From assembly GCA_965261735.1 (NCBI GenBank), contig OZ253470.1, forward strand, positions 1,248,001-1,312,000: a DNA stretch of 64,000 bases. Reading direction: 5' to 3'. Each line of letters begins with the position of its first letter. Position 1 is the first letter of the stretch. This stretch comes from Alphaproteobacteria bacterium. GTDB taxonomy: Bacteria; Pseudomonadota; Alphaproteobacteria; SHVV01. Below are positions 50,752 through 63,385 of this stretch, one piece after another. The translations under genes were made by a program, and so were the position numbers. A model generated the notes under the pieces. That model had not been told where the DNA came from. It did not search any database and saw nothing but the letters and a program-made list of their open reading frames with translations.

Positions 50752-52523
50752 CCATCCGCGTCCTGCCGCAGACGCTCGTCGACCGCATCGCCGCCGGCGA
50801 GGTGGTCGAGCGCCCGGCGAGCGCGGTCAAGGAACTCGTCGAGAACGCCATCGACGCCGGCGCGAGGCGCGTCGACGTGGTCATGAGCGAGGGTGGCCGC
50901 GACCTCATCTCGGTCACCGACGACGGCGCCGGCATGACGGCCGACGAACTCGCGCTCGCGGTGCAACGCCACGCGACTTCGAAGCTGCCGGACGATGATC
51001 TGCTCGCCATTCGCGACCTCGGTTTCCGGGGCGAGGCGCTACCCTCGATCGGCGCCGTCAGTCGGCTCGCGCTGACGAGCCGGCGCGCCGGCGCGCCCGA
51101 CGCCTGGTCTCTGACCGTCGCCGACGGAAACGTCACCGCGCCGGTGCCGGCGGCGCAAGCGGCGGGTACCCGGGTCGAGGTGCGCGGCCTGTTTCGCGCG
51201 ACACCGGCGCGGCTCAAGTTCCTCAAGGCGCCGCGCACCGAGTTCGGTCATGCCATCGACGTGGTCAAGCGGCTCGCCCTGGCCCGCCCCGACATCGCCT
51301 TCACCCTTGCCGACGAGACGCGCACCGCGCTGCGCTTCGGCGTCGAGGGGGCGCTCGGCGATGCGGCCCGGTCCCGCGTCGCCGCCGTCATGGGGCGCGA
51401 GTTCATCGACAATGCGCTCCTTATCGATGCCGCCCGGGACGACGCCCGACTTTCCGGCTTCGCGGCGCTGCCGACCTTCAGCCGCACCGGCGCCCAAGCG
51501 CAGTACCTGTTCGTCAACGGCCGCGCCGTGCGCGACCGTCAGCTCACCGGCGCGGTGCGCGCCGCCTATCAGGACGTGCTCGCGCGCGGGCGCCACCCCG
51601 CGGTGGTCCTGTTCCTCGAGGTCGCGGCCGACAGCGTCGACGTTAACGTCCATCCGGCCAAGGCCGAGGTCCGCTTTCGCGATTCGCGCGCCGTCCAGGG
51701 CCTGATCGTCGGCGCGCTCAGGCATGCGCTGGCCGAGGCCGGGCACCGGGCGTCGACCACGGTGGCGACCGCCGCGCTCGGGGCGATGCGCCCGGGCGGT
51801 GGGGGACCGGCTCGGGGCCTGCGCTACGACGCCCCGGCGGCGAGCTTCGCCGGGGCGTGGCGCGAGGATCAGCTCGCCTACCAGGCACCTCTCGCGGCCG
51901 CGGTGGCGGCGGCGGCCGAGCCCATTGACGACGAGGCGGCGGCGCAGCCCCTGGGGGCGGCGCGCGGCCAAGTGCATGCCACCTACATCGTCGCTCAAAC
52001 CACCGATGGGTTGGTCATCGTCGATCAGCACGCCGCCCACGAGCGGTTGGTATACGAGCGCATGAAGCGGGCGCTCGCCGAGCACGGCGTCGCGCGCCAG
52101 GGGCTGCTCTTGCCCGAGGTCGTCGAGATTGGCGAGGCCGACGCCGAGCGCCTGCTCGAGCGAGCCGGCGAGCTCGCCGAGCTCGGCCTCGTGATCGATG
52201 CGTTCGGTCCCGGCGCCGTGGTGGTGCGCGAGGTGCCGGCGCTGCTCGGCGAGACCGACGCCAAGGGCCTGGTGCGCGATCTCGCCGACGATCTGCGCGA
52301 TTCCGATACCGCCGGCGCCCTGCGCGAGCGGCTCATGGAGGTGTGCGGCACCATGGCTTGCCACGGCAGCGTGCGTGCCGGCCGCGCCCTTGGGCTGGCG
52401 GAAATGAACGCGCTGCTACGCGAGATGGAGCGCACGCCCAACGCCGGCCAGTGCAACCACGGCCGGCCGACCTACGTCGAGGTCAAACTCGCCGACATCG
52501 AGCGGCTGTTCGGCCGCCGCTAA
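50748..52523 (+). CDS. mutL: DNA mismatch repair endonuclease MutL
   Basis: [47 protein letters not shown] and CNHGRP. Confidence 0.96.
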   Translation: MTIRVLPQTLVDRIAAGEVVERPASAVKELVENAIDAGARRVDVVMSEGGRDLISVTDDGAGMTADELALAVQRHATSKLPDDDLLAIRDLGFRGEALPSIGAVSRLALTSRRAGAPDAWSLTVADGNVTAPVPAAQAAGTRVEVRGLFRATPARLKFLKAPRTEFGHAIDVVKRLALARPDIAFTLADETRTALRFGVEGALGDAARSRVAAVMGREFIDNALLIDAARDDARLSGFAALPTFSRTGAQAQYLFVNGRAVRDRQLTGAVRAAYQDVLARGRHPAVVLFLEVAADSVDVNVHPAKAEVRFRDSRAVQGLIVGALRHALAEAGHRASTTVATAALGAMRPGGGGPARGLRYDAPAASFAGAWREDQLAYQAPLAAAVAAAAEPIDDEAAAQPLGAARGQVHATYIVAQTTDGLVIVDQHAAHERLVYERMKRALAEHGVARQGLLLPEVVEIGEADAERLLERAGELAELGLVIDAFGPGAVVVREVPALLGETDAKGLVRDLADDLRDSDTAGALRERLMEVCGTMACHGSVRAGRALGLAEMNALLREMERTPNAGQCNHGRPTYVEVKLADIERLFGRR

Positions 52524-52525
52524 GG

Positions 52526-53089
52526 TCACTCTCGCCACCTCAGGAACAGGACCCGCGTCGTACCGTAGCGCCGCTCATCCACACGAGTAAATCCGTCGGG
52601 TTCGTGCAAGGCCTCGCGGGCGCCGAGCTCGACCAGGCAGAGCGCGCCCTCGGCGAGCCAGCCGCTCGCGAGGCCGGCGAGCGCCGCATCGCCGAGCCCC
52701 GAGCCGTAGGGCGCATCGAGGAAGGCGAGCGTGCACGCGAGGCCCGCGGGCTCGACCCCCAAACGCGTGGCATCGCGCGCGAGCAACGTGATTCGCTCGC
52801 TCTCACCGAGGGAGTCCGCGTTGCGGGCGATGACGGTGAGGCTCGCCGCCTGGTTATCGATGAAGGTCGCGTGCGCGGCGCCGCGCGACAGCGCCTCCAG
52901 CCCGAGCGCGCCGGTGCCGGCGAAGAGGTCGACGACGCGCGCGCCCTCGCAAGCCGCGGCGCCGCCGGCGACGCCGCTCGCCAGGATCGCGAACAGCGCC
53001 TCGCGCACCCGGTCGGGCGTCGGCCGCACGGCCCGCCCCGGCGGTGCCGCGATACGGCGCCCGCGGTACTTACCGGCAATGATGCGCAT
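52526..53089 (-). CDS. rsmD: 16S rRNA (guanine966-N2)-methyltransferase
   Basis: MRIIAGKYRGR, RPTPDRVREALF and DLFAGTGALGLEALSRGA. Confidence 0.93.
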   Translation of the reverse strand: MRIIAGKYRGRRIAAPPGRAVRPTPDRVREALFAILASGVAGGAAACEGARVVDLFAGTGALGLEALSRGAAHATFIDNQAASLTVIARNADSLGESERITLLARDATRLGVEPAGLACTLAFLDAPYGSGLGDAALAGLASGWLAEGALCLVELGAREALHEPDGFTRVDERRYGTTRVLFLRWRE

Positions 53090-53097
53090 GAGGCGAT

Positions 53098-53832
53098 CTA
53101 GTGGTCTGAGCGGGCGGGCGCGCCGAGCCGCGCGCGCAGCGTGCGTGCCGGCACCTCGCGCACCTCGCCGGGCTTGAGCGTGGCGAGCTCGAAGGGTCCG
53201 TAGGCGGTGCGGATGAGGCGCGCGACCGAGAGCCCCAGCGACTCGAGCACGCGCCGGACCTCGCGGTTCTTGCCCTCGGCGAGGCGCACGTCGAGCCAGG
53301 CGTTGGTGCCGACCTTACGCTCCAGCACCGCGTGAACGGGGCCGTAGCGGATGCCGGCGACCGTGACCCCGCGCGCGAGCGCGGCGAGCACGCCCACGTC
53401 GACCGCGCCGTGGACGCGCGCGCGGTAGCGCCGTACCAGGCCGCTGGCCGGCAGCTCGAGCCGGCGCGCCAGCGCACCGTCGTTGGTGAGCAGCAGCAGG
53501 CCCTCCGAGTTGAGGTCGAGGCGGCCGACCGCGATGACGTGCGGCAGGCTTGCAGGCAGCTGCTCGAACAACGTCGGGCGGCCGTGCGTATCGCGGTGGG
53601 TGGTCAGCACGCCGCGCGGCTTGTGGCAGCGCCACAGGCGCACGCGCTCCGCCGCCGGCAGCGGCCTCCCGTCGACGGCGATGCGGCTGCCGGCGTCCAC
53701 GTTGAGCGCCGGGCTGGTGTGCACCTCACCGTCGACGGCGACGCGGCCGACCGCGATCCAGCGCTCCGCCTCGCGCCGCGAACACAGGCCGGCCCGCGCG
53801 ATGCGGCGGGCCAGGCGCTCCGCGTCGGCCAT
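53098..53832 (-). CDS. rRNA pseudouridine synthase (RsuA/RluB family)
   Basis: S4 domain CSRREAE, VGRLDLNSEGLLLLTNDG and EGKNREVRR. Confidence 0.92.
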   Translation of the reverse strand: MADAERLARRIARAGLCSRREAERWIAVGRVAVDGEVHTSPALNVDAGSRIAVDGRPLPAAERVRLWRCHKPRGVLTTHRDTHGRPTLFEQLPASLPHVIAVGRLDLNSEGLLLLTNDGALARRLELPASGLVRRYRARVHGAVDVGVLAALARGVTVAGIRYGPVHAVLERKVGTNAWLDVRLAEGKNREVRRVLESLGLSVARLIRTAYGPFELATLKPGEVREVPARTLRARLGAPARSDH

Positions 53833-53841
53833 GGCGTAGGT

Positions 53842-54558
53842 TCAGCGGGCGCGCGCGGCGTCGACGAAGGCGGCAAAGAGCGGCGCATCGCCGTCGCTCA
53901 CGCCGTACTCCGGATGCCACTGCACACCGAGGCAGAAGCGTCGCCGCGCATCCTCGATGCCCTCGACCACACCATCGGGCGCCAGCGCGTTGATGGTCAC
54001 GCCCTCGCCGACATCGTGGGCGGCCTGGTGGTGGGCCGAGTTGACGCCAAGTTCGCCCGCACCGACGATGCGGTGGAGCAGCGTCCCCTCCATGATGCGC
54101 ACCGTGTGCCCCGGCTCGTCGCGCGGGTTGGGCTGCTCGTGCGCGAGCGCATCAACCACCGTGTCTGGGATGTGCTGGATCAGCGTCCCCCCGAGCACCA
54201 CGTTGAGGAGCTGCTGGCCGCCGCAGATGCCGAACACCGGCTTGTCGCGCGCCAGGGCGGCCTGGGTTACGGCGATCTCGAACGCGGTTCGCACGTCCTT
54301 GGTGCGCACGCGCTCATGCCGTGTCGCGGCCCCGAACAGCGCCGGGTCGACGTCGAAGTCGCCGCCGGTGACGACGAGGCCGTCGATGAGGGCGGCGTAG
54401 TGCTCGGCCGCGGCCGGCTCGTGTGGGAGCAGGAGCGCAAGCCCTCCGGCCTCGGCGATCGCGGCGCAGTAGTTCTGCCGCAGCGCGTACCACGGCAGGT
54501 TCGCGTAAGCTCCGGCGGGCTCGGAGTCGAGCGTCAGGCCGATGACGGGGGGCGACAT
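53842..54558 (-). CDS. Gamma-glutamyl-gamma-aminobutyrate hydrolase family (peptidase C26)
   Basis: TGGDFDVDP, GICGGQQLLNV, VNSAHHQA and GVQWHPE. Confidence 0.9.
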   Translation of the reverse strand: MSPPVIGLTLDSEPAGAYANLPWYALRQNYCAAIAEAGGLALLLPHEPAAAEHYAALIDGLVVTGGDFDVDPALFGAATRHERVRTKDVRTAFEIAVTQAALARDKPVFGICGGQQLLNVVLGGTLIQHIPDTVVDALAHEQPNPRDEPGHTVRIMEGTLLHRIVGAGELGVNSAHHQAAHDVGEGVTINALAPDGVVEGIEDARRRFCLGVQWHPEYGVSDGDAPLFAAFVDAARAR

Positions 54559-54628
54559 GGCGCGAGTGTAGGGCGCACCGCCTACACCGGCAACGGCGCG
54601 CGCTTGACGCGGGCCGCAGGCCAGCGCC

Positions 54629-55093
54629 ATGGTCGCCGCCATGGCGGCGGGCAACAACGCGATGGCGCGGGCCCTGGCCGAGGCCGAAGCCGCGGGCGCG
54701 CGCGGCGAGGTGCCGGTCGGCGCCGTCATCATCGATGACGGCGGCGAGGTGTTGGCGGCGTGCGGCAACCGGACGCGCGCCGACCGCGACCCGACCGCGC
54801 ACGCCGAACTCCTGGCGATCCGCGCGGCGGCGGCTCGAATCGAGAGCGAGCGGCTCGGCGCTTGTGACCTCTACGTCACCCTCGAGCCCTGCCCGATGTG
54901 CGCGCACGCGATCTCGCTCGCGCGTATCCGCCGCCTCTATTACGGGGCCGACGACGCCAAGGGCGGCGGCGTCGCGCACGGCCCGCGCATCTTCGCCCAG
55001 GCCACCTGCCACCACCGCCCCGAGATCTATGGCGGCATCGACGCGGCTCGCGCCGCCGCGCTGCTCCGCGACTTCTTTGCCGCCAGGCGATAA
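54629..55093 (+). CDS. tadA: tRNA adenosine deaminase
   Basis: GEVPVGAV, DPTAHAE and LYVTLEPCPMC; exact start uncertain. Confidence 0.88.
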   Translation: MVAAMAAGNNAMARALAEAEAAGARGEVPVGAVIIDDGGEVLAACGNRTRADRDPTAHAELLAIRAAAARIESERLGACDLYVTLEPCPMCAHAISLARIRRLYYGADDAKGGGVAHGPRIFAQATCHHRPEIYGGIDAARAAALLRDFFAARR

Positions 55094-55126
55094 GCTCGCG
55101 GCGCATTTCGGTACGGAGGGGCGGCC

Positions 55127-56329
<1,203 letters not shown>

Positions 56330-56360
56330 GGCGCGCGCGGCTCCTAGGGAGAGGCAGACC

Positions 56361-57101
56361 ATGAAGCGCTTCGAGGGCAAGACGGCGTTCGTCACCGGCG
56401 CCGGCAGCGGCATCGGGCTCGCCGCGGCGCAGCGCATCGCGGCCGAGGGGGCGCGCGTCATCTGCGCGATCGAGAGCGAGGCCCAGCGCGCGGCAACGGG
56501 CAAGCTGGAGAGCGTCGTTCTCGACGTAAGCGCCGAGGCGAGCTGGGACGAGGTCGTGGCGCGCACCCTCGCGCCCGCCGGCGGCGTCGACGTGCTGATC
56601 AACAACGCCGGCATCCTGCGCAAGGGGCGGGCCGAGGACACGCCGCTCGAGCTGTGGCACGAGGTCATCGCGACCAACCTCACCGGCGTCTTCCTGGGCT
56701 GCAAGAAGCTCGTGCCCCTGATGCGCGCGCGCGGCGGCGGCGCCATCGTCAACACCGCCTCGCTCAACGCCATCCGCGGCGTCCAGGCGGCGCTCGCCTA
56801 TGCCGCCTCCAAGGGCGGGATCGTCGCCATGACCCTATCGCTGGCGCTCGACCACGCGCGCGACAACATCCGTGTCAACTGCATCTGCCCCGGCTCCGTG
56901 GATACGCAGATGGTGCGCGATATCTACGCCGCGGCCCCCGACCCCGAGGCCGCGCGCCAAGCCGCGATCGACAAGCACCCGCTGAGGCGGATGGGAACCC
57001 CCGCCGACATGGCCGCGGCGATCGCCTTCCTCGCCAGCGCGGACGCGAGCTTCATGACCGGCCAGATCCTCGCCGTCGACGGCGGCCGCACCGCGGTGTG
57101 A
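56361..57101 (+). CDS. SDR family oxidoreductase
   Basis: TGAGSGIG, NNAG, YAASK and VDGG. Confidence 0.93.
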   Translation: MKRFEGKTAFVTGAGSGIGLAAAQRIAAEGARVICAIESEAQRAATGKLESVVLDVSAEASWDEVVARTLAPAGGVDVLINNAGILRKGRAEDTPLELWHEVIATNLTGVFLGCKKLVPLMRARGGGAIVNTASLNAIRGVQAALAYAASKGGIVAMTLSLALDHARDNIRVNCICPGSVDTQMVRDIYAAAPDPEAARQAAIDKHPLRRMGTPADMAAAIAFLASADASFMTGQILAVDGGRTAV

Positions 57102-57143
57102 GGGGGCAAAGAGCCAGCAACCGTTAAGGTTTGCGTTGAGCCC

Positions 57144-57341
57144 CTAGCGCACGGCTCCATCGGTGCCGGGCCGGGGCGCGGCGCGCTGCTCGCGCTGCTC
57201 GGAAAGCGTATCGAGTTGCTTCACCATCCGTCGGAGCAATTCCACTTTCCTGTCGGCGCCTGACTGGTCCTTCAGATTATTCTGATGGTGCGAGAGGGCG
57301 TAAGCGAGCTGCTCGGCGATATTGCTGTTCGGATCCAGCAT
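57144..57341 (-). CDS. Small hypothetical protein
   Basis: 65-aa ORF with RBS AGGAGAAGG and a non-shadow composition (MLDPNSNIAEQLAYALSHH...). Confidence 0.5.
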   Translation of the reverse strand: MLDPNSNIAEQLAYALSHHQNNLKDQSGADRKVELLRRMVKQLDTLSEQREQRAAPRPGTDGAVR

Positions 57342-57426
57342 GACCTTCTCCTGACGCACACGATGGGGGTTCGCGCGCCACGTCCTTAAGGGAAAGGCAT
57401 TAAGGAACGGTGTTCGAGGTGACCTC

Positions 57427-58494
57427 CTAACCCCCCATCCTCTCCACTTGCGCCCAGGCGGCCTCGGCGAGGGGGCGGGCCAGCACGCCGATCTCGCGGG
57501 CGTGCTCGCTCGCCGCCGTGCCATCGACCGCGCGCCCCATGATGCCCTGGAAGATGCAGGCGAGGCGGAACATGTTGTAGGCCATGTAGTATTCCCAATG
57601 GTCGAGGCGGCCGCGGCCGGTGCGCGCGCAGTAGGCGGCGACGTAGGACTCCTCGCTCGGGATGCCGAGGGCGTCGAGGTCGAGGCCGGCGAAGCCGCGG
57701 CCCGTCTCGGGGGCGAGGCGCCACGGCATGCAGTGGTTGGCGAAGTCGGCCACGGGATGGCCGAGGGTCGAGATCTCCCAATCGAGGATGGCCAGCAGCC
57801 GGGGCTCGCCCGCGCCGAAGATCAGGTTGTCGAGCCGGTAGTCGCCGTGCACCAGCGCCGTCTGCTCGTCGTCCGGCAGGTGCGCCGGCACCCAGTCCAG
57901 CAGCCGCTCCATCGCCGGGATGGTCTCAGTCTCGGAGGCGCGGTACTGCTTCGACCAGCGCGCGATCTGGCGCGCGACGTAACTCCCAGGGCGGCCGAAA
58001 TCGGTGAGGCCGACGCGCGCGTAGTCGACACGGTGGAGCTTCGCGAGGCCCTCGTTCATGGCATCGAAGATGGCCGTGCGCTCAGCCGGCGCGAGCCCCG
58101 GTAGGGCGAGGTCCCAGAATACCCGCCCCTCGACATCGTCCATAACGTAGAAGGCGGTGCCGATGACGGATGCGTCCTCGCACAGGGCGTAAGTCTTGGG
58201 TACCGGGACCCCGGTGCCCGCGAGGGCCGTCATCACCCGGTATTCGCGATCGACCGCATGCGCCGAGGGCAGGAGCTGGCCGGGCGGCTTGCGGCGCACG
58301 ACGAGGCGCCGGCCGTCGCGTGCGGTGACGAGATACGTCGGGTTGGACTGGCCACCCCGGAACTGCGCCACCTCAATGGGGCCGCGGAAGCGCTCGACGT
58401 GCGCCTCGAGGTACCTTGCCAGCGCGTGCTCATCGATGCGGTGCGCAGGCCTCACCGCCATGGTGCCGGTGAACTGCGCGTCGCGCTCGCTCAT
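57427..58494 (-). CDS. Phosphotransferase family protein (APH, ACAD10 N-terminal-like)
   Basis: [27 protein letters not shown] and LDWEISTLG. Confidence 0.92.
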   Translation of the reverse strand: MSERDAQFTGTMAVRPAHRIDEHALARYLEAHVERFRGPIEVAQFRGGQSNPTYLVTARDGRRLVVRRKPPGQLLPSAHAVDREYRVMTALAGTGVPVPKTYALCEDASVIGTAFYVMDDVEGRVFWDLALPGLAPAERTAIFDAMNEGLAKLHRVDYARVGLTDFGRPGSYVARQIARWSKQYRASETETIPAMERLLDWVPAHLPDDEQTALVHGDYRLDNLIFGAGEPRLLAILDWEISTLGHPVADFANHCMPWRLAPETGRGFAGLDLDALGIPSEESYVAAYCARTGRGRLDHWEYYMAYNMFRLACIFQGIMGRAVDGTAASEHAREIGVLARPLAEAAWAQVERMGG

Positions 58495-59765
58495 CGCGGT
58501 CCGCTCACCGCGCGCCAGCCGATGTCGCGGCGGCAGAAGCCCTCGGGCCAATCGATGGCATCTACGGCGCGGTAGGCCTGGGCCTGCGCCTCGGCGATGG
58601 TGGCGCCGGTGGCGGTGACGCCGAGCACGCGACCGCCCGCTGCGGTGGTGCGGCCGCCTCGGGCCGCGGTGCCGGCATGGAAGACGAGCACGTCGTCGAG
58701 TGCCGCCGCCGCCTCGAGATCGCGGATCTCGCTGCCTGGCTCGACCTCGCCCGGGTAGCCCCGCGCCGCCATCACCACGCACAGGGCGGCGCGCTCGTAC
58801 CAGCGCAGATCGACCTGATCGAGCACGCCGTCGCGTGCGGCGAGCAGCGCCGGGAGCAGGTCCGACATCAGGCGCGGCATCAGCACCTGGCACTCGGGGT
58901 CGCCGAAGCGGACGTTGTATTCGAGCAGCATGAGGCCGGCTTGCGTGACCATGAGGCCGGCATAGAGGATGCCCTTGTAGGGCCGGCCCTTGGCCGCCAT
59001 GCCGGCGATGGTGGGACGGATGATGCGCTCCATTGCCTCGGCCTCGCGGGCCGGCGTCATCAGCGGGGCCGGCGAGTAGGCGCCCATACCGCCGGTGTTG
59101 GGGCCGGTATCGCCCTCGCCGACCGTCTTGTGGTCCTGGGCCGAGGCGAGCGCGAGGGCGTTTTCGCCATCGACGAGCGCGAAGAAGCTCGCCTCTTCGC
59201 CCTCGAGGAACTCCTCGATCACGATTTCGCGGCCGGCCCCGCCGAAGCGCCCCGACAGCGCTTCGTCGGCGGCACGGCACGCCTCCTCGACGCTCGCTGC
59301 CACCGTCACCCCCTTGCCGGCCGCGAGTCCATCGGCCTTGACGACGATCGGCGCGCCGTGTGCGGCGATGTAGTCCCTCGCCGCGGCGGCCTCGCGGAAG
59401 CGGCCGTAATGGGCCGTCGGGATGTCGTACTCGGCGCACAAATCCTTGACGAAACCCTTGGAGGCCTCGAGCACGGCCGCCGCTCGGTTCGGCCCGAAGG
59501 CCTTGATGCCGGCCGCCTCGAGCGTATCGACGAGCCCGGCGACGAGCGGCGCCTCGGGGCCGACGACGACGAAGTCGATGGCCTCCTGGCCGCACAGGCG
59601 CAGTAGGCCGTCGAAGTCCATGGCATCGATGGGGCTGCATTGCGCGAGCGCTGCGATACCGGGATTGCCCGGCGCGGCGAAGAGACCATCGACGAGCGAC
59701 GAGGCGGCGAGGGACCAGCACAGCGCGTGCTCGCGTCCGCCCGAGCCGACCACCAGAACGTTCAT
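58491..59765 (-). CDS. purD: Phosphoribosylamine--glycine ligase
   Basis: [32 protein letters not shown] and [10 protein letters not shown]. Confidence 0.96.
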   Translation of the reverse strand: MNVLVVGSGGREHALCWSLAASSLVDGLFAAPGNPGIAALAQCSPIDAMDFDGLLRLCGQEAIDFVVVGPEAPLVAGLVDTLEAAGIKAFGPNRAAAVLEASKGFVKDLCAEYDIPTAHYGRFREAAAARDYIAAHGAPIVVKADGLAAGKGVTVAASVEEACRAADEALSGRFGGAGREIVIEEFLEGEEASFFALVDGENALALASAQDHKTVGEGDTGPNTGGMGAYSPAPLMTPAREAEAMERIIRPTIAGMAAKGRPYKGILYAGLMVTQAGLMLLEYNVRFGDPECQVLMPRLMSDLLPALLAARDGVLDQVDLRWYERAALCVVMAARGYPGEVEPGSEIRDLEAAAALDDVLVFHAGTAARGGRTTAAGGRVLGVTATGATIAEAQAQAYRAVDAIDWPEGFCRRDIGWRAVSGPR

Positions 59766-59915
59766 GCCCAATCCCCGCCGCGGCCGTGCCCGGCCTTGCG
59801 TTGTAGAGCTTTCGCCGCGCCTGTCAATCGGGCCCGCAGGATGGCCCGGCCGGGCCAGGGTTTCGGCCGCGTGCGCGCTCCTATATCATGGCGCTCGAGA
59901 TGACGAACGGGTGCC

Positions 59916-61352
59916 ATGACCGAGCTTGATCTCGCGCACGATGAGGGCGCCGGCCTCGGCAATTTGCGCGAATACTCGGTCGGCGAGCTGTCGCAGGCGC
60001 TGCGGCGCACGGTCGAGGGCGCGTTCGTGCGCGTGCGCGTGCGCGGCGAGATCACCGGCGCCAAGCGCCACGGCTCAGGGCACTTCTATTTCACGCTCAA
60101 GGACGAGGACGCGGTGCTCGAAGCAGTGTGCTGGCGCACGGTCGCCGCGCGCCTCGCGATCGCGCCCGAGGATGGCCTCGAGGTCGTGTGCACGGGCAAG
60201 CTCAGCACCTATGCGGCGCGCTCCAAGTACCAGATCGTCATCGAGTCGATCGAGCCCGCGGGAAAGGGCGCGCTCATGGCGCTGCTCGCGGCGCGGCGGC
60301 GCGCGCTCGAGCGCGAGGGTCTGTTCGACTCCGCGCGCAAGCGCCCTCTGCCCTACCTGCCCGAGGTTATCGGCGTCGTCACCTCGCCCTCCGGCGCGGT
60401 GATCCGCGACATCCTGCACCGCCTCGCCGATCGCTTTCCGCGTCACGTGCTGATGTGGCCGGTCGCCGTGCAGGGCGAGGACGCGGCAGGCCAGATCGCG
60501 GCCGCGATCGAGGGCTTCGGCCGGCTCGAGGCGAGCGGTCCGGTGCCGCGCCCCGACGTCCTCATCGTCGCCCGCGGCGGTGGTAGCATCGAGGATTTGT
60601 GGGCCTTCAACGACGAAGCGGTGGTGCGCGCCGCGGCCGCGAGCCCGATCCCCCTGATCTCGGCGGTCGGGCACGAGACCGACACGACGCTGATCGATTT
60701 CGCCGCCGACGTGCGCGCGCCGACGCCGAGCGCCGCGGCCGAGATGGCGGTGCCGGTGCGGGCCGAGCTCAGCCTCGCGGTGCTCGACGGCGAGCGCCGT
60801 CTCGGTGCCGCCATCAACCGCCGGCTCGAGGCGGCGCGCCTGGAGCTCACGGCCGCCGCCCGGGGCTTGCGCAGCCCCGCTGAGCTGCTCGAGATGGCGG
60901 TCCAGAGGCTCGACGACCTCGCCGAGGGCCTGGGGCGCGCGCTCAAGCAGGGTCTCGCCGACAAGGGCCACCGGCTCGAGCGCGCCGGCGCCGGCTTGCG
61001 CCCGGGGGAGCTGACGCGCGAGCTCCGGCGCAAGGCCGAACGGGCGGGCGAGCACGGCCGCGCCCTGCGCCAAGCGATGGCGCGCCGGTTGCGCGACATG
61101 CACACAGCGCTGGCGGCGCAGGCCAACCTGCTCGTCAGCCTGAGCTACGAGCGGGTGCTCGAGCGCGGCTATGTCGTCGTGCGCGAGCGCGGCGCGCGAC
61201 CGATTACCAGTGCCCGGGCGTTGCAGGCGGGGATGGCGCTCGATCTCGACTTCCATGATGGCACGGCGGCGGCCACCGTGGCCGGACGTCGTCGCGCGCG
61301 GCGCGCGCCCGGAGCCGAGACGGCCGCCGAGCGCCAGGGCAAGCTGCTATAG
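59916..61352 (+). CDS. xseA: Exodeoxyribonuclease VII large subunit
   Basis: SGHFYFTLKD, RGGGSIEDLWAFN, SAVGHETD and APTPSAAAE. Confidence 0.95.
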   Translation: MTELDLAHDEGAGLGNLREYSVGELSQALRRTVEGAFVRVRVRGEITGAKRHGSGHFYFTLKDEDAVLEAVCWRTVAARLAIAPEDGLEVVCTGKLSTYAARSKYQIVIESIEPAGKGALMALLAARRRALEREGLFDSARKRPLPYLPEVIGVVTSPSGAVIRDILHRLADRFPRHVLMWPVAVQGEDAAGQIAAAIEGFGRLEASGPVPRPDVLIVARGGGSIEDLWAFNDEAVVRAAAASPIPLISAVGHETDTTLIDFAADVRAPTPSAAAEMAVPVRAELSLAVLDGERRLGAAINRRLEAARLELTAAARGLRSPAELLEMAVQRLDDLAEGLGRALKQGLADKGHRLERAGAGLRPGELTRELRRKAERAGEHGRALRQAMARRLRDMHTALAAQANLLVSLSYERVLERGYVVVRERGARPITSARALQAGMALDLDFHDGTAAATVAGRRRARRAPGAETAAERQGKLL

Positions 61353-61363
61353 GGGCGCGGGGC

Positions 61364-61594
61364 ATGTGGGGCCAGAGCGACGAGTCGGGCTTGCCGGCCG
61401 AGGCAGCGAAGGTGCGCTACGGGGCCGGCGCCTTCGACGTGCTGACACCGGGCGCGCATGTGGTGTGCGCCGTTACGGGTGCGCAAATCCCTCTCGAGAA
61501 CCTGAAATATTGGGACGTGGCGCTGCAGGAGCCCTACGCCAACGCCGAAGTCGGGCTCGAGCGCCACGAGGCGCGCCGCCGGGCGCAGCGGTGA
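61364..61594 (+). CDS. DUF2093 family protein
   Basis: PG.HVVCAVTG..IPLENLKYWDV..QEPY. Confidence 0.85.
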   Translation: MWGQSDESGLPAEAAKVRYGAGAFDVLTPGAHVVCAVTGAQIPLENLKYWDVALQEPYANAEVGLERHEARRRAQR

Positions 61595-62391
61595 GGCACG
61601 CGCTCGGCTTCCTGATGGCGTTGCTCGCCGCCGTGCCCGCGGCCGCGCTGACGCTCGAGGGGCCACTCGTGCAGGGCGGTATGGTGGTCGGCCAGACCGA
61701 GCCGGGCGCGAGGGTCACGCTCGACGGGCGCCCGGTACGGGTCTCGGACGCGGGCTTGTTCGTTATCGGTTTCGGCCGCGACGCGCCGCCTGCGGTGGTG
61801 CTCGAGAGCCGCAGAGCCGGCGCGCACGCTCGACGCACCCTCACCATCGCGGTCCGCGATTATGCGATCGAGCGTATCGACGGCCTGCCGCCCAACATGG
61901 TGAGCCCGAGCGCGGCCGAGCTTGCGCGCATCTGTCGCGAGAACGGCATGATTGCCGCGGTGCGGCGTCGGGATAGCGCCGCCACCGGGTTCGCCGCCGG
62001 CTTTCGCTGGCCCGTCGCCGGCGAGGTCTCGGGCGTCTACGGCAGCCAGCGCATCCTCAACGGCGAGTCGCGCCGCCCCCATTTCGGTATCGATATCGCG
62101 GCCCCCGTGGGCACCCCGGTCGTCGCCGCGGCGGACGGTAGCGTCGCGCTCGCCGAAACCGACCTGTTCTACACTGGCGGTACCGTGATGATCGACCACG
62201 GCCATGGCGTCACCTCGGTGTATTCGCATCTCAGCCGTGTCGACGTCACGCTCGGCGCACACGTCGGCGCGGGCACGACGATCGGCGCGGTCGGCGCCAG
62301 CGGGCGCGCCACCGGCGCCCATCTCGACTAGCGCATAAGCTGGTTCGCGGTGCCGCTCGACCCGGCCCTCATCGCCGGCCCGATACCCTAG
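61591..62391 (+). pseudogene. M23 family metallopeptidase with a premature TAG near the C-terminus
   Basis: PHFGIDIA, DHGHGVTSVYSHL and GRATGAHLD*RISWF...DP; TAG at 62329-62331 where W is expected. Confidence 0.8.
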
Positions 62392-62569
62392 CGACCAGGT
62401 GTTGTACTTTGAGCCGGCCCCTTGGGTTGGGCGTACCGCCCGCCCGTCATGATCGGGCGCCGTTCGATAGAGGGGAGCCATGGCCGAGGCAAACCGCAGA
62501 CATGCGGCGACCCAAGTGACGACGTTGTCGGTTATCCGTTGTTGATACGCCACCAATGAAGCGACCCCC

Positions 62570-63206
62570 GTGAACGACACGGCAGCCCTGAAGCTCGAAG
62601 CCCGGGGTAAGGACTACGGTTCGGTCCGCGCCCTCGGCGAAGTCTCCCTATCGATCGACGAGAGCGGGTCCGCTTGGCGGTCCTCGGCCTTGCCGCCGTT
62701 ATCATCGTGGCCGTCTTGCTGGGGCTCTCCAACTCGGTTCGACCCGTTGACGTACAGGAGATCTTCGAGAAGCTCCCCCCACGTTCCGCGCGCTGGTGGG
62801 CATGAACGAGGGGGAGATGTTCGACTTCTCGGGCTGGATTGTTCTCATCCACAACCATCCGGTGTGGTTGATTGCGATCCTGAGCTTCCCCTTGGTTTCG
62901 GGGCTACGCGGAGTCGCCAGCGGCGTCGACGACGGAACGCTGGAGCTCGTGCTGGCGCAACCCCTCAGTCGCAGCACCTATTATCTGGCCCTCGCAGCAA
63001 TCGTCGGACTGGGCACGACGCGGGTCCTCGCCTGCTCCTTTGTGGGAGGCCTTATCGCCCGAACCGTTATCACCCTCCCGGACCAACTCCCGACTTCCAC
63101 ACTCCTACAACTCTCGGCTTCGGGTTGGGCTCTCGCCCTGTCCGTCGCTGGAATTTCGCTCCTGATCTCGGTCCTCTGCCGGACGCTGGCACTCAAGCAC
63201 CATTAA
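62570..63206 (+). pseudogene. Fused remnants of an ABC ATPase N-terminus and an ABC-2 permease
   Basis: KDYGSVRALGEVSLSID with no Walker A after it; then permease fragments, e.g. DDGTLELVLAQPLSRSTYY, with frame breaks. Confidence 0.65.
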
Positions 63207-63385
63207 CTGAGCCCATGGCTTAGGCGCAGCCGGCGAGTGCCAGCGATGCGCCGGGTATCGACAAGCGGCGGGGAAGGCGGCAATGTCGGGGATCATCTGG
63301 CGGGACACCCGCGAGGACACGGGCCAGATGGATGACCAATCGCGAGCGTACGATGGCCGTTTCACTGAGAATGGGGAGGACGCTG

